64,000 nucleotides of DNA from Vulcanimicrobiota bacterium (GTDB taxonomy: Bacteria > Vulcanimicrobiota > Xenobia > Xenobiales > JADMJV01), in contig JBFWNU010000006.1 of the NCBI GenBank assembly GCA_050250895.1, positions 507,720 to 571,719 of the forward strand, in the 5' to 3' direction. This document shows positions 28,815 to 38,633 of this stretch, in pieces. The notes beneath the pieces were generated by a model. It made no database searches, was not told where the DNA came from, and saw only the letters and a list, made by a program, of their open reading frames with translations. Position 1 is the first letter of the stretch. Each line of letters opens with the position of its first letter. Made by a program: the position numbers and the translations under genes.

Positions 28815-28844
28815 CGGGCCTCAGCGAGAGAGGGAGAAAAAAAG

Positions 28845-29114
28845 ATGAATCTGAATTTGCAAGACGCCTTTCTTGCCCAACTAAAGAAAGAGGGCAATGT
28901 CGTAGCAGTCTTTTTGTCCAAGGGGGTCCAACTCAAAGGGGTCATCCGCGGCTTTGACAACTTCACCATTTTTCTAGAGGACCACGAAGGTCGGCTCCAG
29001 ATGGTGTACAAACACTCTGTGACCACCGTCAGCCCGACCCGTGACACCAGTGACGGCTTCCTGCGCGAAGCCTTTAAAGATTCGGCGGACAAGAAGAACT
29101 CTGTAGCCCGTTGA
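28845..29114 (+). CDS. hfq: RNA chaperone Hfq
   Basis: NLQDAFL...GVQLKG...FDNF...QMVYKHSVTTV; follows miaA. Confidence 0.95.
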   Translation: MNLNLQDAFLAQLKKEGNVVAVFLSKGVQLKGVIRGFDNFTIFLEDHEGRLQMVYKHSVTTVSPTRDTSDGFLREAFKDSADKKNSVAR

Positions 29115-29947
29115 GCCCTCTCTCCTTTTCCAAGTGGGAGGGGCTGGGCAACGACTTCATCGTCCTGGATGCCCGCGATGACCGCCCCGAGGAGCCGGGC
29201 GAACTGGCCGAAACCATCTGCGACCGCCATTTTGGGGCTGGAGCAGATGGATTGATCCTGCTGACCCGGGGGCAAGACGCCGACCTGGGCATGGAGATCT
29301 ACAACTCCGACGGCTCGCCTGCTTCGATGTGCGGCAACGCGATCCGCTGCCTGGCCGCCATGGCTCATCGTCACGGCCTGGTGACTGCCAAGAGCGGCGA
29401 GATCGTCTTCTCGACCCCCAGCGGACTTCGCTCAACTCGTCTGTTGGGCGCTTCACCCTGGTGGGTCGAAGTCGACATGGGTAGACCCAGCGCCTGGGGC
29501 GAAGGAGCCGGTGAACTCTCTCCGGTCAACGAAATCGAGCTCGAACTGGGTGACCAGAGGGTGCCTGCCTTCCTGGTCTCGATGGGCAATCCCCACTGTG
29601 TGGTTCTGGCCCCGAATCTCGGCGAGAGCTGGCTGTCCTGGGGCAAGCACCTCGAGAAGACCATGAATGGCGACGAAGGCACCAACGTCGAATTTGTCGA
29701 GGTATACGACACCGACAACCTGGGAGTCAAGGTGTGGGAGCGAGGGGCCGGCGCCACCCTGGCCTGCGGCACCGGGGCCTGCGCCGCGCTGGTGGCTATG
29801 GCCAGTATCGGAAAGTGCCATCGGGCCGCCCAGGTGAGCTTACCCGGGGGGGCGCTTCAGGTCGAGTGGACGCGTGAGGGCCGGGTGCTCATGCGGGGAC
29901 CGGCCCGCGAGCTGTATCGTGGAGAATGGAGTCCCGACCCCAATTGA
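29111..29947 (+). CDS. dapF: Diaminopimelate epimerase
   Basis: GLGNDF, NSDGS, MCGNAIRC, MGNPH, ERGAGATLACGTGA. Confidence 0.97.
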   Translation: MSPLSFSKWEGLGNDFIVLDARDDRPEEPGELAETICDRHFGAGADGLILLTRGQDADLGMEIYNSDGSPASMCGNAIRCLAAMAHRHGLVTAKSGEIVFSTPSGLRSTRLLGASPWWVEVDMGRPSAWGEGAGELSPVNEIELELGDQRVPAFLVSMGNPHCVVLAPNLGESWLSWGKHLEKTMNGDEGTNVEFVEVYDTDNLGVKVWERGAGATLACGTGACAALVAMASIGKCHRAAQVSLPGGALQVEWTREGRVLMRGPARELYRGEWSPDPN

Positions 29948-31047
29948 ATCGTTGTCCTAACTTGATAAGGCGTCTGGCCGAACAGGGGCTGGGCGCCATG
30001 CTGATCACCAGTGAGCACAATCGACGTTATCTGTCCGGGTTTTCCGGCTCTAACGGTTGGCTGGTGGTGAGCCCCGACCACCGCTTGCTGATCACCGACG
30101 GACGCTACTGGACCCAGGTGGGCGACCAGGCTCCCGAGTGGGAGCTCTTTCGCTTCACCAGCGAGGCCCACCAACGCTTGAGCCTGGCCCTGGCCCAGTG
30201 GCTCAAGGAGCATCCCCTCGAGGGGCCGATCGGTTATGAGGCCGATCATCTCACCTGTCTCGAGTTCAGTAGACTCGAGACCGATCTGGCCGGTTGTGAA
30301 CTCAAGGCCGTCTCGGGAGTGGTCGAGGGGTTGCGAGCCGTCAAAGATCAGCTCGAACTCGAAGCCATGAGAGCCACGGCGGCGGCCGCCGACCGCGCTT
30401 TCGCCACCGCCCTGCAGACGTTTCAAGTTGGGGTGCGCGAACGCGATTTTTGTGCCGAGCTGGAATACCAGATGCAACGCGAGGGGGCCCGCAAGCCATC
30501 CTTCGACAGTATCGTGGCCTCCGGCCCCAACGGGGCGTATCCCCACGCCGGGGTGACCGACCGGGTGATCGGTCCGGGAGAACTGGTGACCGTCGACTTC
30601 GGAGCTTATCTCGACGGCTACGCTTCCGATATCACTCGCACTATCTGGGTGGGCGAGCCCGACGACTTGTCGCGTCGGGTTTATGCGGTGGTGCGCCAGG
30701 CCCAGCGGCTAGCGCTCGAGGGGGTGCGGGCCGGTCGAACGGCCGCCGAACTCGACCAATTGGCCCGCGGCTACATCGAAAAGGAAGGCTTCGGCGAGGC
30801 TTTCATGCACAGTCTCGGCCACGGTATCGGGCTGGCCGTCCACGAGAGCCCCACCTTGCGCTCCACCGTCGACACTGTGCTCGAAGAGGGAATGGTGGTC
30901 ACCATCGAACCCGGTGTCTATCTGGCCGGAAAGACAGGCTGTCGGGTCGAAGACACGGTCGAGATCACGGCCGATGGGTGCCGTTTCGTGACCGGTTCAC
31001 CCTATCAAGAATTAGGTCAGCTTCACCCGCTCGAGGCATTTACCTAG
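29926..31047 (+). CDS. Xaa-Pro aminopeptidase (M24B)
   Basis: TDGRY, DFGA...SDITRT, HSLGHGIGLAVHE, TIEPGVY, RVED; start may be TTG at 29944. Confidence 0.93.
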   Translation: MESRPQLNRCPNLIRRLAEQGLGAMLITSEHNRRYLSGFSGSNGWLVVSPDHRLLITDGRYWTQVGDQAPEWELFRFTSEAHQRLSLALAQWLKEHPLEGPIGYEADHLTCLEFSRLETDLAGCELKAVSGVVEGLRAVKDQLELEAMRATAAAADRAFATALQTFQVGVRERDFCAELEYQMQREGARKPSFDSIVASGPNGAYPHAGVTDRVIGPGELVTVDFGAYLDGYASDITRTIWVGEPDDLSRRVYAVVRQAQRLALEGVRAGRTAAELDQLARGYIEKEGFGEAFMHSLGHGIGLAVHESPTLRSTVDTVLEEGMVVTIEPGVYLAGKTGCRVEDTVEITADGCRFVTGSPYQELGQLHPLEAFT

Positions 31048-31061
31048 AGCCTCAGAACGCG

Positions 31062-31379
31062 TCAGTGATCCCTGGGCTGGATTTCGACCCGTCCTTCGAG
31101 CAACCGACTGGGGTAGGTGCTGAGGCACTCGCCGGGCATGTCGAGGCATTCTCCGGTGGTGAGGTCGAACTCCCAACCGTGCCAGGGACACCCCAGGGTC
31201 GTGCCCATAAGATAGCCGTCTCCTAGAGGGCCGCCTTGATGCAGGCATTCATTCTCACAGACGTAGGTCTGTCCGTCGACCAAACACACCGCATAAGCCT
31301 TGCCAGCGGGGTCGTGGGCTACACAGGGCCGACCTTCTGTGAGGGGATCGACCAGCTTGAGTTCGATCCAGTCGTTCAA
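31062..31379 (-). CDS. Rieske [2Fe-2S] ferredoxin
   Basis: CLHQGGPL...CPWHGWEFD. Confidence 0.92.
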   Translation of the reverse strand: MNDWIELKLVDPLTEGRPCVAHDPAGKAYAVCLVDGQTYVCENECLHQGGPLGDGYLMGTTLGCPWHGWEFDLTTGECLDMPGECLSTYPSRLLEGRVEIQPRDH

Positions 31380-31999
31380 AGCAGCCTGAGCCTTTCCAGG
31401 TCTTTGCGTAACGCCTCGTAGCTTACGAACAGGTGGGTCTTCCAGCCGGCTCGGCGCGCGGCCTCGATGTTCTGCTCCAGGTCGTCAATCAGCAAGCACC
31501 GTTTGCCTTGCATACCCACCTTCTGCATGGCCAGTTCGAAAAAGGCCGGGTCCGGCTTGCGCAGCCCGTGCTCAAATGACAGGATGAGCGGATGGAAAGG
31601 CTCGTAGGCTCCCACCTCTTTCAGTTCGGCGGCGTGGTCGGCAATGGTGTTGCTCAGAGCCCCCACCACCAGATGCTTGCGGGCCAGCGTCCAGGACAGG
31701 TGCAGGACGTGAAGGTCCAGCCGCAGCGAAGCTTTCAGAATATCTCGCCACAGCCAGCGATACTTCTCTTTCTCGACGGGCGTACCCAGCCCCCGGGCCC
31801 AAAGGCGTTCGCCCACCACCCGCCAAAAGCCCAGGGAATCGATATTTCCGGTTTCGAGTTCGGGAATCAACGGTCCGGCCACCTCGACTACCGCCTCGGG
31901 TCCGCAGCCGAAAAGGGAGCCGGCCACTTCGGTATAGCGGTGAAGATCGGCGTGGACCAGGACGCCCCCGATATCAAAGAAGACCGCATCGATACTCAC
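31376..31999 (-). CDS. HAD-family phosphatase
   Basis: FFDIGGVL, LSNT, KPDP, IDD. Confidence 0.92.
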   Translation of the reverse strand: MSIDAVFFDIGGVLVHADLHRYTEVAGSLFGCGPEAVVEVAGPLIPELETGNIDSLGFWRVVGERLWARGLGTPVEKEKYRWLWRDILKASLRLDLHVLHLSWTLARKHLVVGALSNTIADHAAELKEVGAYEPFHPLILSFEHGLRKPDPAFFELAMQKVGMQGKRCLLIDDLEQNIEAARRAGWKTHLFVSYEALRKDLERLRLL

Positions 32000-32934
32000 T
32001 CTACCCCCGCCAGATCCTCCAGGATCGATAGCGGTGTGGAAAGAGCCGGAAACCGTCTGTCCGGGCTGGTAGCGAGCATCGTTTCAAGCAGCCCGACCAC
32101 CGCATCGGGAATGCCCGGGACCACCTCGGCCAGCGGAGTCATTTCGCCGGCCACGATCGACTCGGTCAATTGAGCCAGGTTGCGATTGGGGTAGGGGAGG
32201 CGACCGCTCAGCAGTTCGTAGCCCACGACCCCCGCCGAGTATTGGTCGGCCCGCGCGTCGGCCGCCGAGGTCCCGCGGGTGATCAGTTCGGGAGCGAGAT
32301 AGGCGGGGGTTCCCAGGCTGACTCCCTTTTTGGTGATGGACACATCCCCTTTGGTCTTGCCCAGGCCAAAGTCGGTAATTCTGAGGGTCCCCTCGTTGTC
32401 GATCAGGATCGCTCCAGGGTTGAGGTTGCGATGGATGACGTTGTGACGGTGAGCGTGCTCGAGGCCGCGCAGCAACTCGGTGAGCCACTTGAGCGCCTGG
32501 GGCAACGCGACCGGTTGGCTCAGGCGCTCGCTTAGCGGGGTTCCTTCGACATGCTCGAGGGCGAGATAGAACATCCCCTCTTCTTCGGCCCCCGAGATCA
32601 CCTTGACAATGTTGGGGTGGTCCAGTTCATGACCGATCAACATCTCGCGATAGAAGCGCGCCTGAAAATCGTCGCGAGTGACTGAGTCGGGTTTGTAGAC
32701 TTTCAGGACGACGGTCCTGGTTCCGCCCAACCCGCGAGAGGTCCCTTTGTAGAGAATCGCGTCTTCGCTCTTGCCGATCTTCTCGGTGATCTTATAACGT
32801 CCGAGCTTGGTCAGATCTGGCGTCTGTTGCGAGAGCCCGGCGTGGGCGCGCTCTCCCTCGTCTGGTCTCGGTTTGAACTTGATGGCCAGGGCCACTACGG
32901 CCACGGCTACCACAATTCCAATGGTCAGACCCAC
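31996..32934 (-). CDS. Ser/Thr kinase-like protein with N-terminal membrane anchor (catalytic Asp absent)
   Basis: VVLK, HPNIV, HRNLNP, TDFG, GTPAYLAPE. Confidence 0.88.
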   Translation of the reverse strand: MGLTIGIVVAVAVVALAIKFKPRPDEGERAHAGLSQQTPDLTKLGRYKITEKIGKSEDAILYKGTSRGLGGTRTVVLKVYKPDSVTRDDFQARFYREMLIGHELDHPNIVKVISGAEEEGMFYLALEHVEGTPLSERLSQPVALPQALKWLTELLRGLEHAHRHNVIHRNLNPGAILIDNEGTLRITDFGLGKTKGDVSITKKGVSLGTPAYLAPELITRGTSAADARADQYSAGVVGYELLSGRLPYPNRNLAQLTESIVAGEMTPLAEVVPGIPDAVVGLLETMLATSPDRRFPALSTPLSILEDLAGVE

Positions 32935-32999
32935 TAAAGACCCTCCCTCAATCGCTCGACTGCCCCCGCCCTCTTTTTGAGCAAACTTCGCCCGAACCT

Positions 33000-33944
33000 T
33001 CAGAAGTGGACGTTCAAGATGGTCGGCACCGAGCGTTGCCCCTCGTCGTCGGTGGCAAAAATCGCCAGCGCCGCGCGCATATTAGGCAGTTTGAGGGGCA
33101 CGCCATATTCCATCTCGAAAAAGCCATCTTTGTCGGCTCGAGCTTCAATGCCGCCGGTTCCTCCCTCGCCCGTGATCGTATTGGGAGGGCTGACCGAGTT
33201 GTCAAATCCGATATTGGCCACCGCCGTGACCTTGGCGCCCGGTCGAGTGCGGCCTTTGATTTTGAAATTGAGAGGCATCTTGCTGCCACTCTTGGGCTCG
33301 TCCACCCGCACCCGAAAGATGTGGCCGAACACAATCACCTTGGGCTCGGCCACGATGGTGTCGGTGGTGGGCCCCAACTGCAGGTGCCCAATCACCGGGA
33401 CCCCCATCTTGTAGTCGCCCGGCTTGACCAGGTAGGTGCCCTGGTAGTGACCGGTCTCTCCTTCGGTCATGGGAAACTTGTGGCTGTCCTGCCCCAGGGT
33501 GAACCAGGCCTGGCCCCCAGGCTCGGCCACCATATCCACCACCAGTTCGTCGTACTCTCCCAATTCGCTTTTGGCGCTGTGGTGAATCGACTCGATCCGT
33601 CCTCTGGGTTCGACCTGAAACGACCACTCCCACTCCTCGCGTTGCCCCTTGAGATCGGCGATGGAGAAGCGCACCGTAACACTGCCGGCTTCCATTCGAC
33701 TCAGGGGACGGAAACTTACAAACAGAGGGGTCTTCAAGCACTGGGCGCTGACTTCGCGGCCGTTGAACCACATGCGCGCGCTGCTGTGGTCATAGTTGCC
33801 CTGGTTGGGCAGATCGACGCTGACGGTGGGGCGAGGATCGGTGACGGTTTCGCCACGGGCCGGCGAAAAGGGGAGGGGAGCACCCCAGGCCATGCCGACC
33901 AGCAGCATTATATAGAACCAGACAGCCAGGGGGCGAACAGACAT
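33000..33944 (-). CDS. Exported beta-rich (Ig-like) hypothetical protein
   Basis: Signal-like N-terminus ending GMAWG-A; GHYQGTYLVKPGD, IKGRTRPGAKVT; start approximate. Confidence 0.7.
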   Translation of the reverse strand: MSVRPLAVWFYIMLLVGMAWGAPLPFSPARGETVTDPRPTVSVDLPNQGNYDHSSARMWFNGREVSAQCLKTPLFVSFRPLSRMEAGSVTVRFSIADLKGQREEWEWSFQVEPRGRIESIHHSAKSELGEYDELVVDMVAEPGGQAWFTLGQDSHKFPMTEGETGHYQGTYLVKPGDYKMGVPVIGHLQLGPTTDTIVAEPKVIVFGHIFRVRVDEPKSGSKMPLNFKIKGRTRPGAKVTAVANIGFDNSVSPPNTITGEGGTGGIEARADKDGFFEMEYGVPLKLPNMRAALAIFATDDEGQRSVPTILNVHF

Positions 33945-34027
33945 ACGGATGCTTTCTGCGCAACGTCCTTCGGCTCCCGCATGGTCTGGAAGGAACCCCA
34001 TGAGCCGCGTAGAACCGGCCACAACCA

Positions 34028-35269
34028 ATGAGTAATCGCAGAGTTGTCATCACCGGCCTTGGGGTCATCTCGCCTCTGGGCCTCGGCTGGGAAGTCTTCT
34101 GGAAGAGCCTTCTCGAAGGTCGTTCGGGGGTAGGCCCCATCACGGCCTTCGATATCACGGATTTTCCCACCAAGATCGCGGCTCAGGTCAACGATTTCGA
34201 GCCTGAAAACTACATGCCCAAGAAGGACGTGCGCCGCATGGATCGCACCATCCAGTTCGCGGTAGGCGCTGCTTCTCTAGCACTGGCCGATTCGGGCCTG
34301 GCAGTGGAGCAAAGCGACCCTGACCGCATCGGTGTATGCATCGGCTCGGGTATTGGCGGCATGGATACCTGGGAGGCTCAGCACAAGGCCTTCCTCGACA
34401 AAGGCCCCCGACGGGTCAGTCCGTTCTTCATTCCCATGATGATTCCTAACATGCCGTCAGGTCAGGTCAGCATTCAGTTTGGCTTGCGGGGGCCGAACTA
34501 TTCCGTGGTCAGCGCCTGCGCTACCGGCGGCAACTGCATCGCCAGCGCCGTCGATGTGATCAAAGCCGACAAAGCCGACGCCATGCTGGCGGGTGGCACC
34601 GAAGCCGCGGTCACGCCGCTCGCCGTAGCGGGGTTTTGCTCCATGCGGGCCATGTCGACCCGCAACGACGAGCCCGAACGGGCCTCACGCCCCTTTGACA
34701 AAGGACGCGACGGCTTTGTGATGGGAGAGGCTGCCGGCGTGCTGCTGTTAGAAGAGCGTGAGCACGCCCTGGCGCGGGGCGCCAAGATCTATGCCGAGAT
34801 CGTCGGCTACGGCGCCACCGCCGACGCCTATCACATGACCAATCCCGACCCTCAAGGCCAGGGTGCCGCCCGGGCCATGCTGATGGCCCTCAAGGAGGCG
34901 GGACTCGCGCCCGGCCAGGTCGATTATATCAATGCCCACGGCACTTCCACGCCGGTCGGCGATCCGTGCGAGGTTCAAGCTATCAAGAGCGTGTTTGGCG
35001 ATCATGCCTATAAGGTTGCGGTGTCATCCACCAAATCGATGACCGGGCACACGCTGGGCGCGGCCGGAGCCATCGAGACCATCGTGTGCACCCTGGCGGT
35101 GCAAAAAGACGAGATTCCGCCCACCATCAACTACGAAGAGCCCGATCCCGAGTGCGACCTCGACGTGGTGCCCAACGTGCCTCGCAAAGCGCCGGTCGGA
35201 TTGGCCCTCAACAACACCTTCGGTTTCGGCGGTCACAACACCGTGCTGGCCCTGGCTAAGCACGATTGA
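34028..35269 (+). CDS. fabF: 3-oxoacyl-ACP synthase II
   Basis: RRVVITGLG, SACATG, INAHGTST, KSMTGHTLGAAG, NTFGFGGHN. Confidence 0.97.
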   Translation: MSNRRVVITGLGVISPLGLGWEVFWKSLLEGRSGVGPITAFDITDFPTKIAAQVNDFEPENYMPKKDVRRMDRTIQFAVGAASLALADSGLAVEQSDPDRIGVCIGSGIGGMDTWEAQHKAFLDKGPRRVSPFFIPMMIPNMPSGQVSIQFGLRGPNYSVVSACATGGNCIASAVDVIKADKADAMLAGGTEAAVTPLAVAGFCSMRAMSTRNDEPERASRPFDKGRDGFVMGEAAGVLLLEEREHALARGAKIYAEIVGYGATADAYHMTNPDPQGQGAARAMLMALKEAGLAPGQVDYINAHGTSTPVGDPCEVQAIKSVFGDHAYKVAVSSTKSMTGHTLGAAGAIETIVCTLAVQKDEIPPTINYEEPDPECDLDVVPNVPRKAPVGLALNNTFGFGGHNTVLALAKHD

Positions 35270-36000
35270 GCGGGGGGCAGCCAGAGGCTGACCTCGAGCA
35301 ACGGCTGGGGTATAGCTTTACCGACCCCGCCCGGTTGATTCTGGCGCTCACTCACGAATCGTTCGTCAACGAAGCCGAGCCGGTCGTCGAGAGCAACGAG
35401 CGACTCGAATTTCTAGGCGACTCGGTGTTGGGATTGGTGGTCGCCAGTTATCTGTTTCGCACCTATCCCGATCTGTCCGAAGGCGATTTGGCCCGCATGA
35501 AAAGCCACCTGGTCAGCACCCAACACCTGGCCGAGAAAGCAGCCGAACTCGAACTGGGCGAGCATCTCCGTCTGGGTCGTGGCGAGATGCTCACCCATGG
35601 ACGCAAACGGCGTTCATTGTTGGCTGACGCCCTGGAAGCGGTGATCGGCGCGGTCTATCTCGATGGCGGTTTTGAACCGGCCAGGCTGCTGGTGATCAGG
35701 CTCTTGCGCAACGATATGGACAACAGCCTCGGCTTGCGCAAAGACTATAAGAGCGCCCTGCAAGAATGGACCCAGAGCCACTTCAAAGAGCTTCCGGAGT
35801 ATCTGGTGCTCAGCGAAGAGGGTCCCCCTCATGAGCGCGTCTTCGAGGTAGAGGTTCGCTTTCACGATATGCGACTCGGAGGCGGAGTCGGCGGCAGCAA
35901 GCGCGACGCCAGTCAGGTGGCCGCTCGCGAGGCCCTCGAGCGCATCAAAGAGGAAGAGATTCCCTGGCAAGAGTGGGTTCAGGGTGAAGAATCTGCCTGA
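35266..36000 (+). CDS. rnc: Ribonuclease III
   Basis: NERLEFLGDSVL, ADALEAVIGAVYLD, dsRBD DYKSALQE. Confidence 0.97.
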   Translation: MSGGQPEADLEQRLGYSFTDPARLILALTHESFVNEAEPVVESNERLEFLGDSVLGLVVASYLFRTYPDLSEGDLARMKSHLVSTQHLAEKAAELELGEHLRLGRGEMLTHGRKRRSLLADALEAVIGAVYLDGGFEPARLLVIRLLRNDMDNSLGLRKDYKSALQEWTQSHFKELPEYLVLSEEGPPHERVFEVEVRFHDMRLGGGVGGSKRDASQVAAREALERIKEEEIPWQEWVQGEESA

Positions 36001-36268
36001 CGGGGTGGCTCTCGACGTCAAAGTCGTGCCCCGAGCCAAGCAGACGGCTCGCGCCGGATTCGACGACGATATTCTGACCTTGCGTTTGGCAGCGCCTCCC
36101 GTTGACGGGAAGGCAAATGCCGCCCTGATCGCGTATCTGGCAAAATCGCTGCGGCTTAAAAGGTCTCAGGTCGAGATTAAGTCTGGAGAGAAATCACGCC
36201 ACAAGGTCGTGATTCTCAGGGGGGTCGACGCCGACACGGTCAGGCGTTGGGCCCTGGAAAAGGAGTAA
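35984..36268 (+). CDS. DUF167 (YggU) family protein
   Basis: VKVVPRA, APPVDGKANAAL, GEKSRHK. Confidence 0.92.
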   Translation: MKNLPDGVALDVKVVPRAKQTARAGFDDDILTLRLAAPPVDGKANAALIAYLAKSLRLKRSQVEIKSGEKSRHKVVILRGVDADTVRRWALEKE

Positions 36269-36270
36269 AA

Positions 36271-36705
36271 GTGGCTAATTTACCATTTACACAAGGCTTT
36301 GCCGGAGGAAGCGCAGGCTCATCGAAAAGCCCGAGCTTGCAGTTCTCGGTGCCCTGTCTGGAGGTCGATGATCAGGACCAGAAGCCACCCACTTTCAAGT
36401 ATCTCTTTTACGAGTTGCCTTTTCCCGAATTCCCGTACAAAGCCAGCTTCTTCATCGCCAACGGTTGGTGTGCCGGGCAAGGCAATTTTCATCAAAGCAT
36501 GAAACTGCTCAAACCCGACGGCAGCATGCTGGTAGAGACTGGCCAGCAGGCAGTCGACCTGCAGGACCCCAATGTGCCGTTCATGGCGGTCAACTTTTTC
36601 AAAGACTTGCCCTTTGAAGGTCCTGGTGTCTATCGAATCCAGGTCTTCCTGGGCAGCAATCAGGTGCTGGAATATCCGCTGACGGTGCGCAAAGTCGACG
36701 CTTAG
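36271..36705 (+). CDS. Conserved hypothetical beta-sandwich protein (DUF6941-like)
   Basis: AGGAG RBS; LPFEGPGVYRIQVFL...YPLTV C-terminus. Confidence 0.65.
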   Translation: MANLPFTQGFAGGSAGSSKSPSLQFSVPCLEVDDQDQKPPTFKYLFYELPFPEFPYKASFFIANGWCAGQGNFHQSMKLLKPDGSMLVETGQQAVDLQDPNVPFMAVNFFKDLPFEGPGVYRIQVFLGSNQVLEYPLTVRKVDA

Positions 36706-36757
36706 GCCCATGGTTATGATCGCCAAAGAAAGGTTTGACGATCATGATGTGGGCGAC

Positions 36758-36786
36758 TTGTCAAAGCTCATCGTCCGTGATATACT
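36758..36786 (+). promoter_or_regulatory. Sigma70 promoter of the rplS operon
   Basis: TTGTCA-N17-TATACT with extended TG. Confidence 0.7.
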
Positions 36787-36821
36787 CGCCGCTGTTCTGT
36801 CTCTAAGAGAGGTTTAAGCTG

Positions 36822-37166
36822 ATGGATGTAATCCTTGAACTCGAAAACGCTCAACTCAAGAGCGACGTGCCCGACTTCGGGCCTGGCGACACTGTTCGCG
36901 CCCACCTGACCGTAGTCGAAGGCGGCAAAGAACGTATTCAGGCTTTCGAAGGCGTGTGCATCTCGCGCGGTAAAGCCGGCCTGCGTGAAACGGCCACCCT
37001 GCGCAAGATTTCTCACGGCATCGGTGTCGAGCGCACCCTGATGCTGCATAGCCCGCGCATCAAGAAAATCGAAGTGGTTCGCCACGGCGATGTCCGCCAG
37101 GCACGACTATTCTACCTCCGCGATCGCGTGGGTAAAAAGGCTCGGGTCAAAGAGAAGCGCGTCTAG
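36822..37166 (+). CDS. rplS: 50S ribosomal protein L19
   Basis: [38 protein letters not shown]. Confidence 0.98.
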   Translation: MDVILELENAQLKSDVPDFGPGDTVRAHLTVVEGGKERIQAFEGVCISRGKAGLRETATLRKISHGIGVERTLMLHSPRIKKIEVVRHGDVRQARLFYLRDRVGKKARVKEKRV

Positions 37167-37176
37167 GGGTTCTCCC

Positions 37177-37785
37177 TTGAGCGAAACGCTCCTAATCTTT
37201 CTTTTGTACCTGCTCCTCATGGGGCGGGTGCTTATTCATTTTCGCCCCAAAACCATCCGCGATCGGGGCACCCGCCGCCTGGCCTGCGAGACCGCCGACT
37301 CGTTCATCCACGCCGGCGTCTGGGCCTTGATTCTCATCAACCTGGTGGTGAGAAACTTCTACATTCCCTCGGGCTCGATGATTCCCACGCTGCTGGTTCA
37401 CGACTCGCTGCTGGTGAACAAGTTCATCTATCGAGTCTCTCAGCCCAACCGGGGCGACATCATCGTGTTCCGTCCTCCCATCGACCCCAATCGCGACTTC
37501 ATCAAGCGCGTCATCGGGCTCGAACACGACCTCATCGAGGTGCGCGACGGAGTGCTCTATCGCAACGGCCTGCGAGTGGACGAGCCCTATCTCAACGAAC
37601 CCCTCATGAATCAAGACATGGAACCAGTCCGGGTGCCCGAGGGCGAGCTGTTCATGATGGGCGACAATCGGAACAACTCGAACGACTCGCGCTTCTGGGG
37701 CGGGGCTCCGGTCAAGGACGTGGTTGGCAAGGCCACCGTCATCATCTATCCGCCCACCCGCTGGCGCTGGATACACACCCGGTGA
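37177..37785 (+). CDS. lepB: Signal peptidase I
   Basis: IPSGSMIPTL, FIKRVIG, MGDNRNNSNDSR. Confidence 0.95.
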   Translation: MSETLLIFLLYLLLMGRVLIHFRPKTIRDRGTRRLACETADSFIHAGVWALILINLVVRNFYIPSGSMIPTLLVHDSLLVNKFIYRVSQPNRGDIIVFRPPIDPNRDFIKRVIGLEHDLIEVRDGVLYRNGLRVDEPYLNEPLMNQDMEPVRVPEGELFMMGDNRNNSNDSRFWGGAPVKDVVGKATVIIYPPTRWRWIHTR

Positions 37786-38633
37786 CCAAAGCCTTCTCGT
37801 GGTACCCCGGCCACATGGCCCGGGCACGCCGCCGACTCGAGGGCAATCTCAAACTGGCGGACGCGGTGCTCACCGTGCTCGATTGCCGCATCCCGGCCAC
37901 CTCGCGCCATCTCGAACTCGAGGCCAGTCTGGCCGAACGAAACATGCCGATTCTGCTGGTGCTCAACAAGGCCGACCTGGCCGACCCGCAGCTCACCAAG
38001 AGGTGGCTCGAGCAACTCAAACGCGAGGGGGTCACGGCCGTAGCGATGAGTTCCCAGCAGGGTCGCGGCGCCGGCCCTTTGCGACCCCATCTCGATCGGT
38101 TGCGCGAGAAAGTGGCCGAGCGGTTCGAACATAAAGGGGTCAGGGCTCGCGACCCTCGTCTGCTGGTGGTGGGTCTACCCAACGTGGGCAAATCTTCACT
38201 GCTCAACCGCCTGGTAGGCAAAAGCCGGGCTAAGACCGGTCGTAAACCCGGAGTCACCCGGGGCGCCCAGTGGGTGGTTGCCCAGGGCAAGTGGCAGGTG
38301 CTGGACACTCCCGGCATTCTTTATCCGCGCATCGAGACCGAGCAACAACTGGCCTATCTGGCCGCCGTCGGCTGCGTCAAGCGCGACGTCCTGCCTTTCG
38401 AAGACGTGGCCCGCCATCTGCTGATGGCCCTGGTCGAGCGCGATCTGGCCGAGCCGATGCTGGGAGAGCCTCCTTATCCGGAGCCTCACCTCTTGATTGA
38501 AGCTCTGGCGCGCCAAAAGGGCTTCTTGCTCAAGGGCGGACGCCTTGATATCGAACGGGCCACCACCTGGTTGCTGGCTCAATTCTTCGAGGGCAAAGTC
38601 GGCCCCGTGACTCTGGAGGCTCCGTGCGCGTAG
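37782..38633 (+). CDS. rbgA: Ribosome biogenesis GTPase RbgA/YlqF
   Basis: WYPGHM, NKADL, GLPNVGKSSL, DTPG. Confidence 0.95.
   Translation: MTKAFSWYPGHMARARRRLEGNLKLADAVLTVLDCRIPATSRHLELEASLAERNMPILLVLNKADLADPQLTKRWLEQLKREGVTAVAMSSQQGRGAGPLRPHLDRLREKVAERFEHKGVRARDPRLLVVGLPNVGKSSLLNRLVGKSRAKTGRKPGVTRGAQWVVAQGKWQVLDTPGILYPRIETEQQLAYLAAVGCVKRDVLPFEDVARHLLMALVERDLAEPMLGEPPYPEPHLLIEALARQKGFLLKGGRLDIERATTWLLAQFFEGKVGPVTLEAPCA

Noticed and set aside
31062-31379. Rieske ferredoxin as the electron donor of the BoxB-like enzyme
   Set aside because: 28 kb away in an unrelated operon; nothing in the sequence links them.
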